Shown in pieces: positions 48,659 through 61,261 of a stretch of 64,000 nucleotides of DNA; within the stretch, counting starts at the first letter, position 1, and every line of letters starts with the position of its first letter. The notes beneath the pieces were generated by a model that ran no database searches, was not told the origin of the DNA, and saw nothing but the letters and a program-made list of their open reading frames with translations. This stretch comes from Cirrosporium novae-zelandiae (Eukaryota), in assembly GCA_026023565.1 (NCBI GenBank), contig JAPETS010000004.1, positions 744,001 through 808,000 of the forward strand. Reading direction: 5' to 3'. The position numbers were made by a program, and so were the translations under genes.

Positions 48659-50146
48659 ATGGCGGCAAGTGAAGAAACTGCCGCTCCAAATGGAGTGAAT
48701 GGAGAATCTCATCAAGGGCAAAATGACTTGAACGGGGCAACTGATTCTAAAACGACCACGTTAGGTCGCCGACAGGGTACCGAGAGAAAAGCATCCCAAC
48801 CTCTGATGCCTTCATATATGGTTTCTGCTCCTGGAAAGGTCATTGTCCATGGAGAGCACGCCGTTGTATATGGGAAGGCAGCAATTGCAGCAGCTATTAA
48901 TTTACGCTCCTACCTTTTGGTTACCGCACTCTCGAAATCTCGACGAACCGTTCAGCTCATCTTTCCGGATATCAAATTAGACCATACTTGGGATATTGAT
49001 ACCCTACCATGGGATGCATTCTCGGCTCCCTCGAAGAAGAAATACTATTATGACCTTGTTTCCGAGCTTGATCCTGACCTGGTTGAGGCCATGCAACCAT
49101 TTATCAAACCTGTATCTCCAGGCCTCCCAGACCACGTCCGCAAGGTCCACCAAAATGCTGCATCTGCCTTCCTCTATCTCTTCCTTTCTCTAAGTTCTCC
49201 ATCAGCTCCTGCCTATATTTACACACTCCGGTCCACACTACCCATTGGCGCTGGTCTTGGTAGCAGTGCGAGCATCAGTGTCTGTCTTAGTGCTGCTCTC
49301 CTCCTTCAGATCCACGTCTTATCTGGCCCACATCCAGATCAGCCACCTTCGGAAGCCGCTATCCAGGTAGAACGTATAAACCGCTGGGCTTTTGTGGGTG
49401 AGCTTTGCATTCATGGAAACCCCTCCGGTGTTGATAATACGGTCTCTACCGGCGGCAAAGCTGTACTATTCAAGCGGTCAGATTACACAAAGCCACCGGT
49501 TGTCACTTTGCTTCGATCCTTTCCAGAATTACCGCTCCTTCTTGTCAATACCCGGGAACCTCGTTCCACGGCCATAGAGGTGGCTAAGGTCGGCGGGCTA
49601 AAAAACAAACATCCACTTCCCACTGAAGCAATTCTTGACACTATTGACAAGGTGACCGAATCGGCAAATACACTACTCGCATCTCCAAACTTTAAACCAT
49701 ACGATCCGGCATGTCTTCAGAGCCTTGGTGAATTGTTCACACTCAATCATGGTGCTCTTGTTGCTCTGGGTGTTTCTCATCCAAAACTCGAGCGTATTCG
49801 AGAACTTATTGATCATGCTGGGTTAGGCTGGACAAAACTTACTGGTGCTGGGGGGGGTGGGTGTGCGATTGCGTTGCTGAAACCGGAAATGGATGCTGAT
49901 GCACTTAAGAAGCTGGAAGAACAACTACATAAAGAAGGCTTTCAAAAGTTTGAAACAACGTTAGGTGGAGATGGGGTCGGAGTTCTGTGGCCTGCTATTG
50001 TACACAGAGGATCCCAGGATGAGGAAAAGGGTGGAGAGGAAGTAAGTCTAGAGAAGTTTCTCAAAGTAGAAGACAATGACGGAATTGAAAAATTGGTGGG
50101 CGTTGGGATAGGAAGAGACGGAAAAGGATGGCGATTCTGGAGATGA
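48659..50146 (+). CDS. ERG12: Mevalonate kinase
   Basis: SAPGKVIVHGEHAVVYG, PIGAGLGSSA, HGNPSGVDN, KLTGAGGGGC. Confidence 0.97.
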   Translation: MAASEETAAPNGVNGESHQGQNDLNGATDSKTTTLGRRQGTERKASQPLMPSYMVSAPGKVIVHGEHAVVYGKAAIAAAINLRSYLLVTALSKSRRTVQLIFPDIKLDHTWDIDTLPWDAFSAPSKKKYYYDLVSELDPDLVEAMQPFIKPVSPGLPDHVRKVHQNAASAFLYLFLSLSSPSAPAYIYTLRSTLPIGAGLGSSASISVCLSAALLLQIHVLSGPHPDQPPSEAAIQVERINRWAFVGELCIHGNPSGVDNTVSTGGKAVLFKRSDYTKPPVVTLLRSFPELPLLLVNTREPRSTAIEVAKVGGLKNKHPLPTEAILDTIDKVTESANTLLASPNFKPYDPACLQSLGELFTLNHGALVALGVSHPKLERIRELIDHAGLGWTKLTGAGGGGCAIALLKPEMDADALKKLEEQLHKEGFQKFETTLGGDGVGVLWPAIVHRGSQDEEKGGEEVSLEKFLKVEDNDGIEKLVGVGIGRDGKGWRFWR

Positions 50147-50481
50147 CGTTTTATAGGTAATACTTTTTAATACATTTTGGTCCTATCCGTAATTATTAAT
50201 CAACTATTAAAAGGGCCAGACTGTAGAGAGATTGATAGAATCAATAGATGTCTTTGATATTGTACTCAGTAGTATAGGGTAGTATAAGAGCAATGAGATA
50301 TCTCAGACAGTGGTACTTGAGTAATTTTCCCGCATCATCATCGTTCCTTTGTTCTCCCCACCAACATCTGAGGGTTTCCTTAGCCCCTCCTTCCGGAAAC
50401 GTTTCCAGGCCTCGAGCCTTTGCTACTCATTTAAAAATCGACCATCCGACTATTTTATTTTCCTCATTATCTATCTCCAGC

Positions 50482-51545
50482 ATGGGAAAATATTCCGACT
50501 CCTCCGCCTGGGAGGATGTAATTCCAATCCCTCAAGATGATGGCGGTCCCAATCCTTTGGCTGCAATTGCCTATACCGAAAAATACAGCGAAGCAACTTC
50601 TTACCTACGTGCAGTTATGGCTGCAAATGAGATGTCCGAGAGAGCCTTGGAACTTACTGAGGACATCATTAAGATGAATCCTGCTCATTATACTGTGTGG
50701 TGCGCATCACTCTAATGCTTGAAATCAACCTACAATATAAACTAATTCTACTTGTCATTTACAGGCTCTATCGTGCTAAAATAGTCGCCTCTATCCATAG
50801 ACCTGTCCAGGAGGAACTTGAATGGCTCAATGCCGTCTCCCTCGAACACCTAAAGAACTACCAAATTTGGCATCACCGGCACCTTCTCCTTGCCTCTCTC
50901 CCGCCACCCGAGCCAGATAATGAAACGTCCAAGATCCTCGCAGCCGAGTCACCCTTCTTGCAGGAAATGCTTTCTAAGGACGCTAAGAATTATCATGTCT
51001 GGTCATACCGGCAATGGCTCGTTGGGCACTTCAACCTGTTTGACTCGCCTATTGAGATGAAAGCTGTCAAGGAATCGATTAACGAAGATGTGAGGAATAA
51101 TTCGGCATGGTGCCATCGGTATTTTTTGGTTTTTGGTCGAAACGATGTGGACAAGGGCAAGGGACCCCTAGTGGCAGAACAAAAGGATGAATTTGACCCG
51201 GAAATAATCGAGCGTGAGATTAGATACACCAAGGGTAAAATTATGTTGGCACCACAGAACGCCTCCCCATGGACATATCTTCGGGGAATCTGCCGGCGCG
51301 GCGGGCGCCCACTATCTTCTCTTACCTCCTTTGCGCTTCAGCTTGCAAATCCGGATTTGCCTGATGCCGTGCGGAGTTCTTGGGCATTGGATTTCGTGGC
51401 TGACGCATATGCACAGGAGGGTAAAGAGCCAGAGAAAGTTAAGAAAGCATTGCAGTTGTTGGCAGAGAAATACGATCCGGTTCGTAAGAATTATTGGGAA
51501 TATCGAATTGGGCTTCTAGGCGACGGTACAGTGCAGGAGGCATAA
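50482..51545 (+). CDS. RAM2: Protein farnesyl/geranylgeranyltransferase alpha subunit, 2 exons
   Basis: PFTA repeats NPAHYTVW|LYR, KNYQIWHHR, KNYHVWSYR, RNNSAWCHR, YDPVRKNYW. Confidence 0.95.
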
Positions 51546-51860
51546 AAGCGAAGAGAAAAGAGGAAAATAAAGGAGGAACTACGCAGTACGGGCTGGCGCA
51601 ATGGCAATTAAAAATAGGCGTTAGAAATTGTCCCGAGGCTCAGGCTTCATTAGGTGTTCTTCGTCAAGGATGATACCCCCGATTCTATAGCTTCTATAGC
51701 TTCACAATGACTATATAACTATTCGAAGTCTATAAAATCTAGCTAATTAATCAAACCACATCTCTTTCGTGCCCATTGTATAAAAACCAGATCCCATATA
51801 ACCCGCCTAACAGCAAGATAGCTTAAAAGTATCGATTCTTTCAATAAACCTCTCTCACAC

Positions 51861-52977
51861 TCAGGCAGTAGCAGCTGCTGCATCCTTCCCCATCCCCAAG
51901 CCCATCCTCCTATACTCCTCGACCATCTCCAAATTAACATTCGCCCCCCCACAAATCTCCACAACAACCCGACTCTCCTCCCCGAACCCCTCGACCAACT
52001 CCCTCAACAACCCCCCACAAACCACGGCCACACAAACCCCACACGCCAACTCCACAATAATCCTCTCCTCCTCAGCCAACTTAACCACGCCAGCGGCAGC
52101 CTCCTTGTCCCCCAAAACAACACTCCTCATATTGGGCGACTGAGCCAACTCAAACGCCTGGGCCGCAACCCTCGTGGCGCCCAAACTCGTTGCCTGGCTC
52201 GTAATTCCGGGAAGCGTCACCAGCTCCCCAGCCTGCAGGCTCCGCGAAAGCGACTCCGCACCCCTCGCCTCCACCGCAATCACTTTAGTAGTGTGTACCC
52301 ACCCCGCATACTCCAAACCCGTCTGGATCCCACTGAAAAGACCCCCGCCACCAACACTACAGATAATAGCATTTGGCGGCCTACCGTCGGGTAACTGCCT
52401 CTCCAGTTCCTCAACGATGGTGGCAGCGCCGGCCCAGATATCCGGATGGTCGAACGGGGGAACATAAATCCCCGTCTCAAAATTAGATTCCTTTCCGGCT
52501 CCCAGAATCTCCTCCCGAAGATACCGGTCCGCCTCCGCCCACGTCGCTCCCACCTGCACCACATCCTGCGCTCCGGCCTCCCGGATTTTCTTTACCATCA
52601 TTTCTTTCGTGCTTGTGGGCACGACCACCGATACCGGATGGCCTAGTGCGCGGCCCGCGGTAACGGCGGCCAGGCCTGCGTTTCCTCCTGAGGAGCTGTA
52701 GAAATGAAGATTGGGGTCGGGGTGGGATAGGCATTTTTGGAGAATGTAATTTCCGATCCCGCGGGATTTGAACGAGTGTGCTGGTTGGTGGTTGTCTAGT
52801 TTTAGGAAGATACGGCTATTTTGGGGGAGAGGGGGTAAGTTGGTTAGTTGGTTTTTGAGGTTTGGAGTTTGGGGGGGAACAGAGGGCTTACCAGCCTGCG
52901 ATGCGGGAGAGAGCTGCGGACTCTATGAGGGGGGTTTCTATCCATGGGTTATGGGGAATTCGAGGGATGCTACCCAT
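51861..52977 (-). CDS. CHA1: PLP-dependent L-serine/threonine dehydratase, 2 exons
   Basis: PWIETPLIES..RIFLKLDNHQPAHSFKSRGIG, SSGGNAGLA, PPFDHPDIW, SVGGGGL, ATSLGA. Confidence 0.92.
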
Positions 52978-53726
52978 TGCTTTTGATGTGTGGGTGGTAT
53001 GTATAAATTAGAGGAAAATGAGAAACGACAAGATTCGTTTGCAAGAAGTCCGGTCGCTTTTATAATAGAGTATAGTAAATAAGTCGGTCTTTCTGTTGTA
53101 TGTGAAAGTTAATCGAAAGACATTCGACATTTGTTGAGTGAAGGGGAGAAAGTACAGAGAATTTATACCAATTAATTAAATTGATTTGATCTTATTCAAC
53201 CATAAGATACTTTGGTTGAAATCCCAAAGAAAGTTATATACGATGCGTTGGTTCCAAAAGGGTATATAAAATGGAATTTGTATGTAATGTACTCGAGTAA
53301 ATAAATGTCCACACCGAACTCTTTATCGCAAGCCAACGAACCCCACATTGGACGAGGGGGAGAGGAGGATGACATTCTCGGAGGGCGTAAAGAGTTGAGA
53401 GAGCAAGGGTTGGCTACGGTTAGCAACGGAGGTTCCTCACCGATTTATCCGACGAGGGTACACATCGGATAGATATCCGATATCAAAGACGGCATCGTGA
53501 TATTTACATGCTTTGGAGAAGCTTTCCATGTGATACATTGAAACGGATTTAGAAATCCCCAAATTTTGGCGTACTCAAATGAGGGGCTTGGTGGCCTGAG
53601 CTGGATTATCGGTCCCCAGATTGGCAAGTTTATCCATCTTTTTTGTTCATTCCTACCTACCGTCCATCCACTGAGCTTCATCCTCTCCTCCCCCACTAAG
53701 CATTCCAATAGTCATTGTACGAGCTC

Positions 53727-55728
53727 TCAATCCTCACAAATTAATGGCGGAAATAGAACGCCTTCTATGCCATTACCTAATGGAGACCTACTGGTGCCAT
53801 AAACTATATCACCTCGGAGCTTTGTGTCCGCAAAGGTTCGCTGTTCTTGGTTAACTCCCAACATATCAAGTAGTTGAGATGCTTTGGATGGCATATAGGG
53901 TTGGAGTAGAATGCCGCAAATCCTGAGGGCCTCAGCACAGAAGTATATTATCTCGTCAACTTGAAGTGTAGTTACTAGGTCCTCGGGCCGTAGAATACTG
54001 CGAAACCAGGGACCTTTCCCGGTACCTTTTGCCAGGCTCCAAGGAGAGGTATCTTGCATGAATTTGTTTGTCTGACAGTCAAGTTAGTAAAATACCGCAA
54101 ACTCCTCAATGCTAATCACTCAGCCGAATAGAACTACCGTATATATCATCTCCATGATCTCCTTCAGTGCCCCGCCAACATCCAGCGCGTCAAGTTTTTC
54201 TTTGACCTTCTCAGGGAGTTCTTGCAACAAAGTACGTTGAGTCTCACTGAAACCATTAAACGCCGATGGGTCGATAGAAGCCATAGATTTCACGGCCCTT
54301 CGCACATCCCAGCCCTTTCCACGTAATATTCTGCTTGTTAGGTTGCCAAGACCATTCTGCAACCCTTTCTTATATTTCTCAACAATATAAGAATTCTCAT
54401 AATCGGCATCGTCAACAATTCCACCATCATGTGCTAAATAATACCGCATTATGTCTTGTCCGAAACGATCCAATGCAAAAAAAGGGTTGACCACGTTTCC
54501 TATAGATTTGGACATTTTTTTGTGGTCAAGGGTCCAATGAGCATGCGTGAGCACTTGGTGTGGCAGTGGTAAATCAAGAGCCATCAAAAAGGCTGGCCAG
54601 TACACACAATGAAACCTACAGCTAATTAGTCTATCTAGGTTGTAGAATTGAATATCAACCTACCGAGTAATGTCTTTACCGATGACCTGGCAATTTGCAG
54701 GCCATCCAAATTTATTCTCCTCTCCTGGTGTGAAAGGGTAACCTGCTGCTGTAAGATAATTGATTAGAGCATCGAGCCACACATATATAGTTTGGGAATC
54801 GTCATCAGGTACTCGAACCCCCCATGTAAGCCTTCCTATAGGTCTGGATATTGAGAGATCCTCAAGATTTTCATTGACGGACTGAATGACCTCGTTCATT
54901 CTAGTTTTAGGAGTAATGAAACCGGGGTTGTTGCGATAATACTCAAGTAAACGATCTTTAAAGGCAGACAATCGGAAATGATAATTTACTTCAGACGTCC
55001 ATTCGACCTCTTTACCAGACTCCCTAGATGTCATCATCTTGCGGCCAGTTGGTGGGTCCTGAGTCAATTGGACTGCGCTTTCAGGGTAGAATGTTTCGTC
55101 GCTAATTGAGTACCACCCTTCATGTTTCGATTCATAAATGTAGCCACGCTTATTGAGCATCCTCCAGAAAAACTCCACAGCTTCCTTGTGGTCTGCATCA
55201 GTCGTTCTAATGAAACGATTATATTCAATTCCGGCACGATCTGCTAGAATCTTAAAATCTTTACAGGTCGTGTCGCAGAATGCCTTCGTATCTATTCCTG
55301 CATCTGAAGCCGCTCGTTGAATTTTCATTCCATGTTCATCTGTGCCGGTAATAAGAATAGCCCTATTTCCCTGGAGGGTCTGCCATCGCTTCAAAACATC
55401 CGTAAGGACCATAGTATAAAGGTGGCCAACATGAGGGGCTACGGGTGTGTTTAGTTAGTTTCATATGAAAACAATATGGAACATCAGTTGATTCACCAGC
55501 ATTGACATAAAAGATTGGTGTTGTTATGTAGTAGGGTTTTTCTGGTTTGGAGCTGGACTGCTCTCTTGATGGTCTTGACGTTGCGAATCTCTGCTTGCGA
55601 CATGCTGGACGTATCCAACCGGAATTGAATGCACTTTTAGACAGAGGGCGCAGAGGGCGCAGAGGGCGCAGAGGACGCAGATGGCATAGAGAGACTCTGG
55701 CAGAAGAAGCGAAAAGGAGAGAATTCAT
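53727..55728 (-). CDS. MSM1: Mitochondrial methionyl-tRNA synthetase, 4 exons
   Basis: Arg-rich presequence, YYITTPIFYVNA|APHVGHLY, TGTDEHG, YVWLDAL, KMSKS. Confidence 0.95.
55642..55677. repeat. 9-bp tandem repeat x4 encoding (LRP)n in the MetRS presequence
   Basis: CAGAGGGCG x3 + CAGAGGACG. Confidence 0.9.
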
Positions 55729-56035
55729 TTCTTCAGTTGGGTGAAGAAATCATCAATTCTTTCACCAAACCTCCGTAACTTCCGAAGCATTCAAGACGGA
55801 TTTACTACTGTATAGTTTTGTAGGGCTGAGGATTTAAATTGTGGCCCAAGCTCCCCGGAGAGCTGGGGTTTCCAGGAACGGAGACAAAAGAACCGTCATA
55901 CTTTTTAGTTTGTAGAAGAATTTCGCTTTCTCGACTTTAATACAACCTCATAGGAAACCTCCAAGACTAGGCAAGACTATTTACTGCTGAAATCTCATAG
56001 CCAAGACATTATATGATACTGGCTTACCAATAGCT

Positions 56036-56623
56036 ATGCCTCCGACGGGTCCCAAAGCAGATGCTGTAAAAGCTCCCACTGAAGATAAGTTGATTGAAGT
56101 CTCTACCGATGGTATTTTAATGAATACGCAGAGAATATAAATCATAGAACTGACAATTTATACAGGGGCTCAAAAACTCGTTGAATCATACTACAATGCT
56201 CTTCAAACAGATAGAGGAAAAGTCGACGCTTTCTACGTACCTCCCCATACAACTCCAGATGGAAAACATAAATATCCTTTCATTGCTATCAACGGTGAGG
56301 TGATGGAAACCAGCAATGCTCTAAAGGAATATCTCAATAAGATGAGACCAGTACATTACGAGATTCAGACAGTGGACAGCCATATTATAAATTCCCAATA
56401 CCCGTTAGGTGAAGCTGGCTCTGTCAAACCTGAGAAGGACATCAGTATTTTAGCCGTTGTGAGTGGTGATGTGCAGTTTGGTGGGACGGAATCGCCTAAG
56501 AATGGGTTTTCAGAAAGCTTTGTCTTTGTGCCGAATAAGCCTCCAAAGGATTCCAAGGGTAAAGGGAAAGTGGCAGGAAAAGATTTTCTTATCGAGACTC
56601 AAAACTTCCGAGTTGTAGTATAA
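56036..56623 (+). CDS. NTF2-like export factor (Nxt1/Mtr2-like), 2 exons
   Basis: AQKLVESYYNALQ..FY..INGE..YEIQTVDSH..VVSGDVQFG..GFSESFVFVPN..IETQNFRVVV. Confidence 0.8.
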
Positions 56624-57326
56624 ACAATCAACCATGGGACTCTAAAAAACTCCCAAGACACAAAGGTAAATCTATAGCCGTGAGGAATTGAAGAACCGTC
56701 GCTCCCCTCCCTTACTATTTCAATATAGAGATATCCAAAGCCTTGCTTTTGTTGTACAGACACGAAGCCAACTAAATTGGTAGATGTGCTCTTTCGCATT
56801 ATGCAAGAGGCTCCCCAACCTCTTATAACTAGAAACTTGATTTCGATTGCACAACGGTTTATTGCCAATTCTATTCTAGCTAAAAGACTCCCGGATGCAA
56901 GTGGTTGGTTGATGGCCATTACAATGCTAATTTCCTACTCGCTAATTATTCGACTCATATTTATACATGAAAAAGAGACCAGGCGTCATATTGTATTAGT
57001 CCAGGCACAGCAGCGAACTCTTTCATGGCTCCTAGGTCAAGATCTTAATTACCTCTAACCTTCTACCTTTACCTCTTATACTTTTCCCTAGTCAGAATCT
57101 CAGATTTTTGAAGATTCCTAGAATCATCTTCCAGCTATTTAGTACTTTAGCTGCAATTCGATTTCAAATCTTCCTATATCCCATCACATTCCATCAACAA
57201 CACTTGCAAACACTTAAAATCCATACCAATCATTGAATGTCAGCCCGTCCAACGTGACCCGTCATCCTGATCATATATATCCTTCAGCCATGTCTTCTCG
57301 CCTTTCAGAAGATCAAGATAATTGTC

Positions 57327-58457
57327 ATGACCGTTCAAAGAGAGTCCCCAGGGATGGAAGGGATTCCAAATCAACCAGTTTTCCATCTACAGACCACAGT
57401 CACATTGGAGAGCAAGCTCAGGTTTGTTGACGTGACTCTTTGGAGTGGACCACATCTAATGATAAAAAAGGATCTAATGAACTCATACACCAACCCTAAC
57501 GATATCCCCAAAGAGCCATACGGTAACCGCAAACGCTACCATGACCACAACGATCTGCATGATCGCAAGGAGTACTGTACTTACTGGATTCGAACTGGTC
57601 ACTGCACCTACGGACACCGCTGCAAATACAGACATGAAATACCAGGAGATGAGCGCACACTTGCACGACTCGGCTTCCGTTCTAATCCCATCCATCGTCC
57701 TTGGGTTGAAATAAAAGATCGTAAACCTAAGCAAAATAACCTAAATTACGACGACAAAGTGTACTGCACATATTGGCTTAAATTCGGAGAATGTGACTAC
57801 TTGCAACAGGGTTGCAAATACAAACACGAGATGCCTGATTTCTCTACTTTGAAAAATATGGGCTTCACCCATGTTCCTCGATGGTTTCGGGAGAATCATG
57901 AAGCACCAGGTTATGATGCCTTGGGCATACCCGAATGGCGATTACCTGAACCTCAAATTTCTGCGGATCGTGACATCAAGGAGGATGTCCAGACCACCAA
58001 ACATGATCTCCCCCAAGAACATCCCCGGGACAGTTCTCAGGATACACATCAGATTTCTGAAGACTCTTACCAGGAGGCTTCTCGGGCCAGTTATCAAGAG
58101 TACTCGCAAGATGTCCAAAGTCAACCCCAATCAATCGAAAACTTTGGATCATCACCTCCCAAATATACATCGACGCCTGAAGCGAAATATTCCCTCAATG
58201 CACTCTATGACGTGCAGAAAATCATTGCGGACTTGCGTCATCGGATATACAATAAAGAAGTCTACATGGAGGTTACAACAAGAGATATATGGAGGTTGCA
58301 AGAAGATTTGACCAAACAAGAGTCATTACTTGAGGATATAAAGGAAAACCTTGTGGTATGTTACCTCTTTGAGCCTAGTCTTATATTAATCGCTCTGTGC
58401 TTCTATGTTCTAGGAGAATGCTTACAGAATATGGGTATAGGAGGATTATTGACTTAA
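57327..58457 (+). CDS. Tandem CCCH zinc-finger protein (ends uncertain)
   Basis: KEYCTYWIRTGHCTYGHRCKYRHEIP and KVYCTYWLKFGECDYLQQGCKYKHEMP. Confidence 0.75.
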   Translation: MTVQRESPGMEGIPNQPVFHLQTTVTLESKLRFVDVTLWSGPHLMIKKDLMNSYTNPNDIPKEPYGNRKRYHDHNDLHDRKEYCTYWIRTGHCTYGHRCKYRHEIPGDERTLARLGFRSNPIHRPWVEIKDRKPKQNNLNYDDKVYCTYWLKFGECDYLQQGCKYKHEMPDFSTLKNMGFTHVPRWFRENHEAPGYDALGIPEWRLPEPQISADRDIKEDVQTTKHDLPQEHPRDSSQDTHQISEDSYQEASRASYQEYSQDVQSQPQSIENFGSSPPKYTSTPEAKYSLNALYDVQKIIADLRHRIYNKEVYMEVTTRDIWRLQEDLTKQESLLEDIKENLVVCYLFEPSLILIALCFYVLGECLQNMGIGGLLT

Positions 58458-58674
58458 GCACGTCGAACTCCAAAGAATATCGACGTTAAACCTAAAAAAA
58501 CCTATGATGTGCTACTGTACCAACTTAATTTGATGTGAGAAAATACAACGCCAAAATGTCAAACCGTCAATTCTCCACAAAGTCTATTTCGGACAGCCAC
58601 GTCCGTAAGGGAGTCAGAATAGTGTCGGAAATTCCCCTCTGCAATTTGATTGTATCGCAATTATTACTTCACGC

Positions 58675-59230
58675 TTATGCTCTCGGTGGTGCCCTCATAT
58701 TCGCCTTCACTCGTTCCAACAACTCCTCCCGTGATGCTGTCGAGCTCGGCAGTAGACCTCGATTCTTCAACCACCGTCGCAGCTCTGACTCGGCCCAGTA
58801 CTCAGGATCTGTTCAAGTATCACAAGGCTTTTTATTAGTTTCAATGACTATACCTGGGGACTGCTAGGCTATCGGGTCCTTATTTTTTTTTAATTCATAG
58901 ATTCATTCAATGAAGGTGTTTTAAAATAAGGTGTGTAGAAACACATTAGAAGCCGTCAAACGCACCTCCAGTGGGGTCATTCTCGGAAGGAAACATATTG
59001 CTGCCCCATATAGACCATGCTGCAACTGCTGTGATCATGCCCGCGAAGCCTAGCGTAGTAAAATAATTAGTCCCAGTTACTCTGGCTAGAGAAATTGTTT
59101 CGCCTAGGTAAGCTCGAGACAGGCTTTGGTACCTAGGAAGGCATTCTAAGAAACATTAGCAAGGCTTAAAGAATGGATGCTAGAGCAACTGTACTCTATT
59201 GCTCATTGCCCGATCAAGAGGTGTAGGCAT
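58675..59230 (-). CDS. Small 88-aa single-TM protein with Ish1/HeH-like C-terminal motif, 4 exons (absent from ORF track)
   Basis: Exons 59195-59230, 59133-59145, 58966-59049, 58675-58808 join in frame: MPTPLDRAMSNRNAFLGFAGMITAVAAWSIWGSNMFPSENDPTGDPEYWAESELRRWLKNRGLLPSSTASREELLERVKANMRAPPRA*. Confidence 0.85.
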
Positions 59231-59858
59231 TTTTGGACTTGTTCGGAGGAGAGATGGGTTGAGGTAGGTGGAAGTAGGTAGGTATAAGCTTAAGCTTCAG
59301 GACTTGTGGGTAACTTCAAGTATCAACCTCGAATGTGTAGTATTTCTTCAGGTTAAAGACAGGGAAGTAATAAACAAACAAAAATATTTCTATTATAAAT
59401 AACAACAGAAAAACATAAGAAGGGCCATTCACTTTATAGCTATGTCATGGAGCCAAAATTCTTCCAGGAACCTGAATTCTGTCCTTATTATTGCAAAAGG
59501 CAACAGCAATAAAGCACATACGCTAACCCAGCTCTCCCTCATTCGCCACCCGACGTCTCTCTCTCTGATTGCTCCAAGTAATCTTATCAGGCTTTATCTA
59601 CTGTACACAGCCACAGCTAATTACCAAGTATCCCCCAGTTTTTCGGCCCTTAGGGTTTTCCCGCACCTAATCCATCCAAAGAGCCGAGCCGAGCCCACAA
59701 ACAAACTTGCCAAACCGCGGCACGCACCACCTCCCTCCCATTCCTATCGACAATTGTTTGCGGATCACGACGACGACCGAACGACCAAAAAAATCCCCTC
59801 ATATTCGCACCTAACCCTTTTCACACAGAAATAATCGCGATAAAACCCGGCCGCCAAA

Positions 59859-60473
59859 ATGCCTTCTCAAGTCTCAGATATCAAGCAATTCCTTGAAATT
59901 TGCCGGCGCAAGGACGCTTCGTGTATGTCTTTTTTTGGTCTTGCGAAGATTTTTTTTTCTACTAAAAGGAGAAGAGAGAGAGGAGAAAGCGAGAAAAGAA
60001 ATATTCATAATCATATATTTTCCTCCTCTCCCTCATCCATCAGCACACGCACACATTGCATACCCATCCCCATTGAATTCCGATCCCCCCCCTCACCCTT
60101 AAACCCCTCAAAAGAATCACCTATAACTAACAAAACCTCATCTTTCAAACCCTTAGCCGCCCGCATCAAGAAGAGCTCCAAAACCCAAGCAATCAAATTC
60201 AAAGTCCGCTGCAAGCGATACCTATACACCCTCTCCCTTCGGGATTCCGACAAGGCCGATAAGCTTAAGCAGAGTTTGCCTCCTAGTACGTCATTTTACT
60301 TTTCTTTGAAATATTCTTTTTTTCTTAGGAAGGGGGGAGAAAGGAAAGGAAGGATATGATGAATAGACAAGACAGAGATAGGGCACATATGCTGATTATG
60401 AACTTCCGACGTGAATTTAGGTCTCAAGATCAACGATGTCCCCAAGAAGAACAAGAAGGGAAAGCGGGAGTAA
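59859..60473 (+). CDS. RPL38: 60S ribosomal protein L38, 3 exons
   Basis: [61 protein letters not shown]. Confidence 0.96.
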
Positions 60474-61261
60474 AAAATGGAAAAGGGGAACGCAAAGGAA
60501 ATATAATGTCATGACGAACTAACTGACCAATCTGACCGAACTGACTTGGCTAGCTGGGGCTCATTGACACCGGGAGTGGGGTGTGGAGTGGGGAGAGAGA
60601 GGAGAATTCGAAAAATAAAAAAGGGGATTAATAGCATACCTACTTAGGTTACCTACATCTAGAGAAAGAGAGATGAAATGAGTCTATGAAATAATGGTCA
60701 TGGTCATATTGGTGACGGACGGAGGTGAAAATTAATCTTTCGAAAAAAAAAAAAAGCTTCAATAACCTACCTTACCTACCTACGTACACACTCCCATATC
60801 CATATCCACCCTTTGCCTAATTAGTGACATATAAAAAGGTTGTACCAAAGAGGGCATATCAGAAATTCAAATACCCATGAATCAAAAAAAAACATTCAAA
60901 AATATAAGGTTGAACTAAACCACCAAAAAGCAAGAGGGAGTTTCTTAATCTGATTATTCTAGTTTAGGTACAGTACTTTCTTTAAGAGAGAACGAACGCT
61001 GTTTTCCTTCAAAAACAACCTCCGTATGGAAATATTTACTTTTATCTTTGAATGTAAGGAGTCTCTAAGTTGATAAGAGGGAGAAAAAAAGGCATTTTAG
61101 TCCACAGCTGTTAGAAACCCTTTTTAATTTTGAACTCATTCAGGACAATCCCCAGTAAGCACCCAATCATGGGTTTTGTTTAAAAAAAACTCCACAGCTC
61201 CTTGCTGAATAAAACCATATTAATCCAGGTTTTGAAACAATCGTTACCCTTTTTCGCCTTA

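Noticed and set aside
48659..51545. ERG12 adjacent to RAM2 as an isoprenoid cluster
   Set aside because: Only two housekeeping genes in tandem, with no shared regulatory evidence
53190..53480. Several short inverted repeats and a 55-aa ORF between CHA1 and MSM1
   Set aside because: 8-9 bp stems are plausible by chance in UTR/promoter DNA; no family motif
58625..58985. RNase MRP-like motifs (GGAAATTCCCC .. GGGGTCATTC)
   Set aside because: Poor match to the P4 consensus; sequence explained by exons of the 88-aa minus-strand gene
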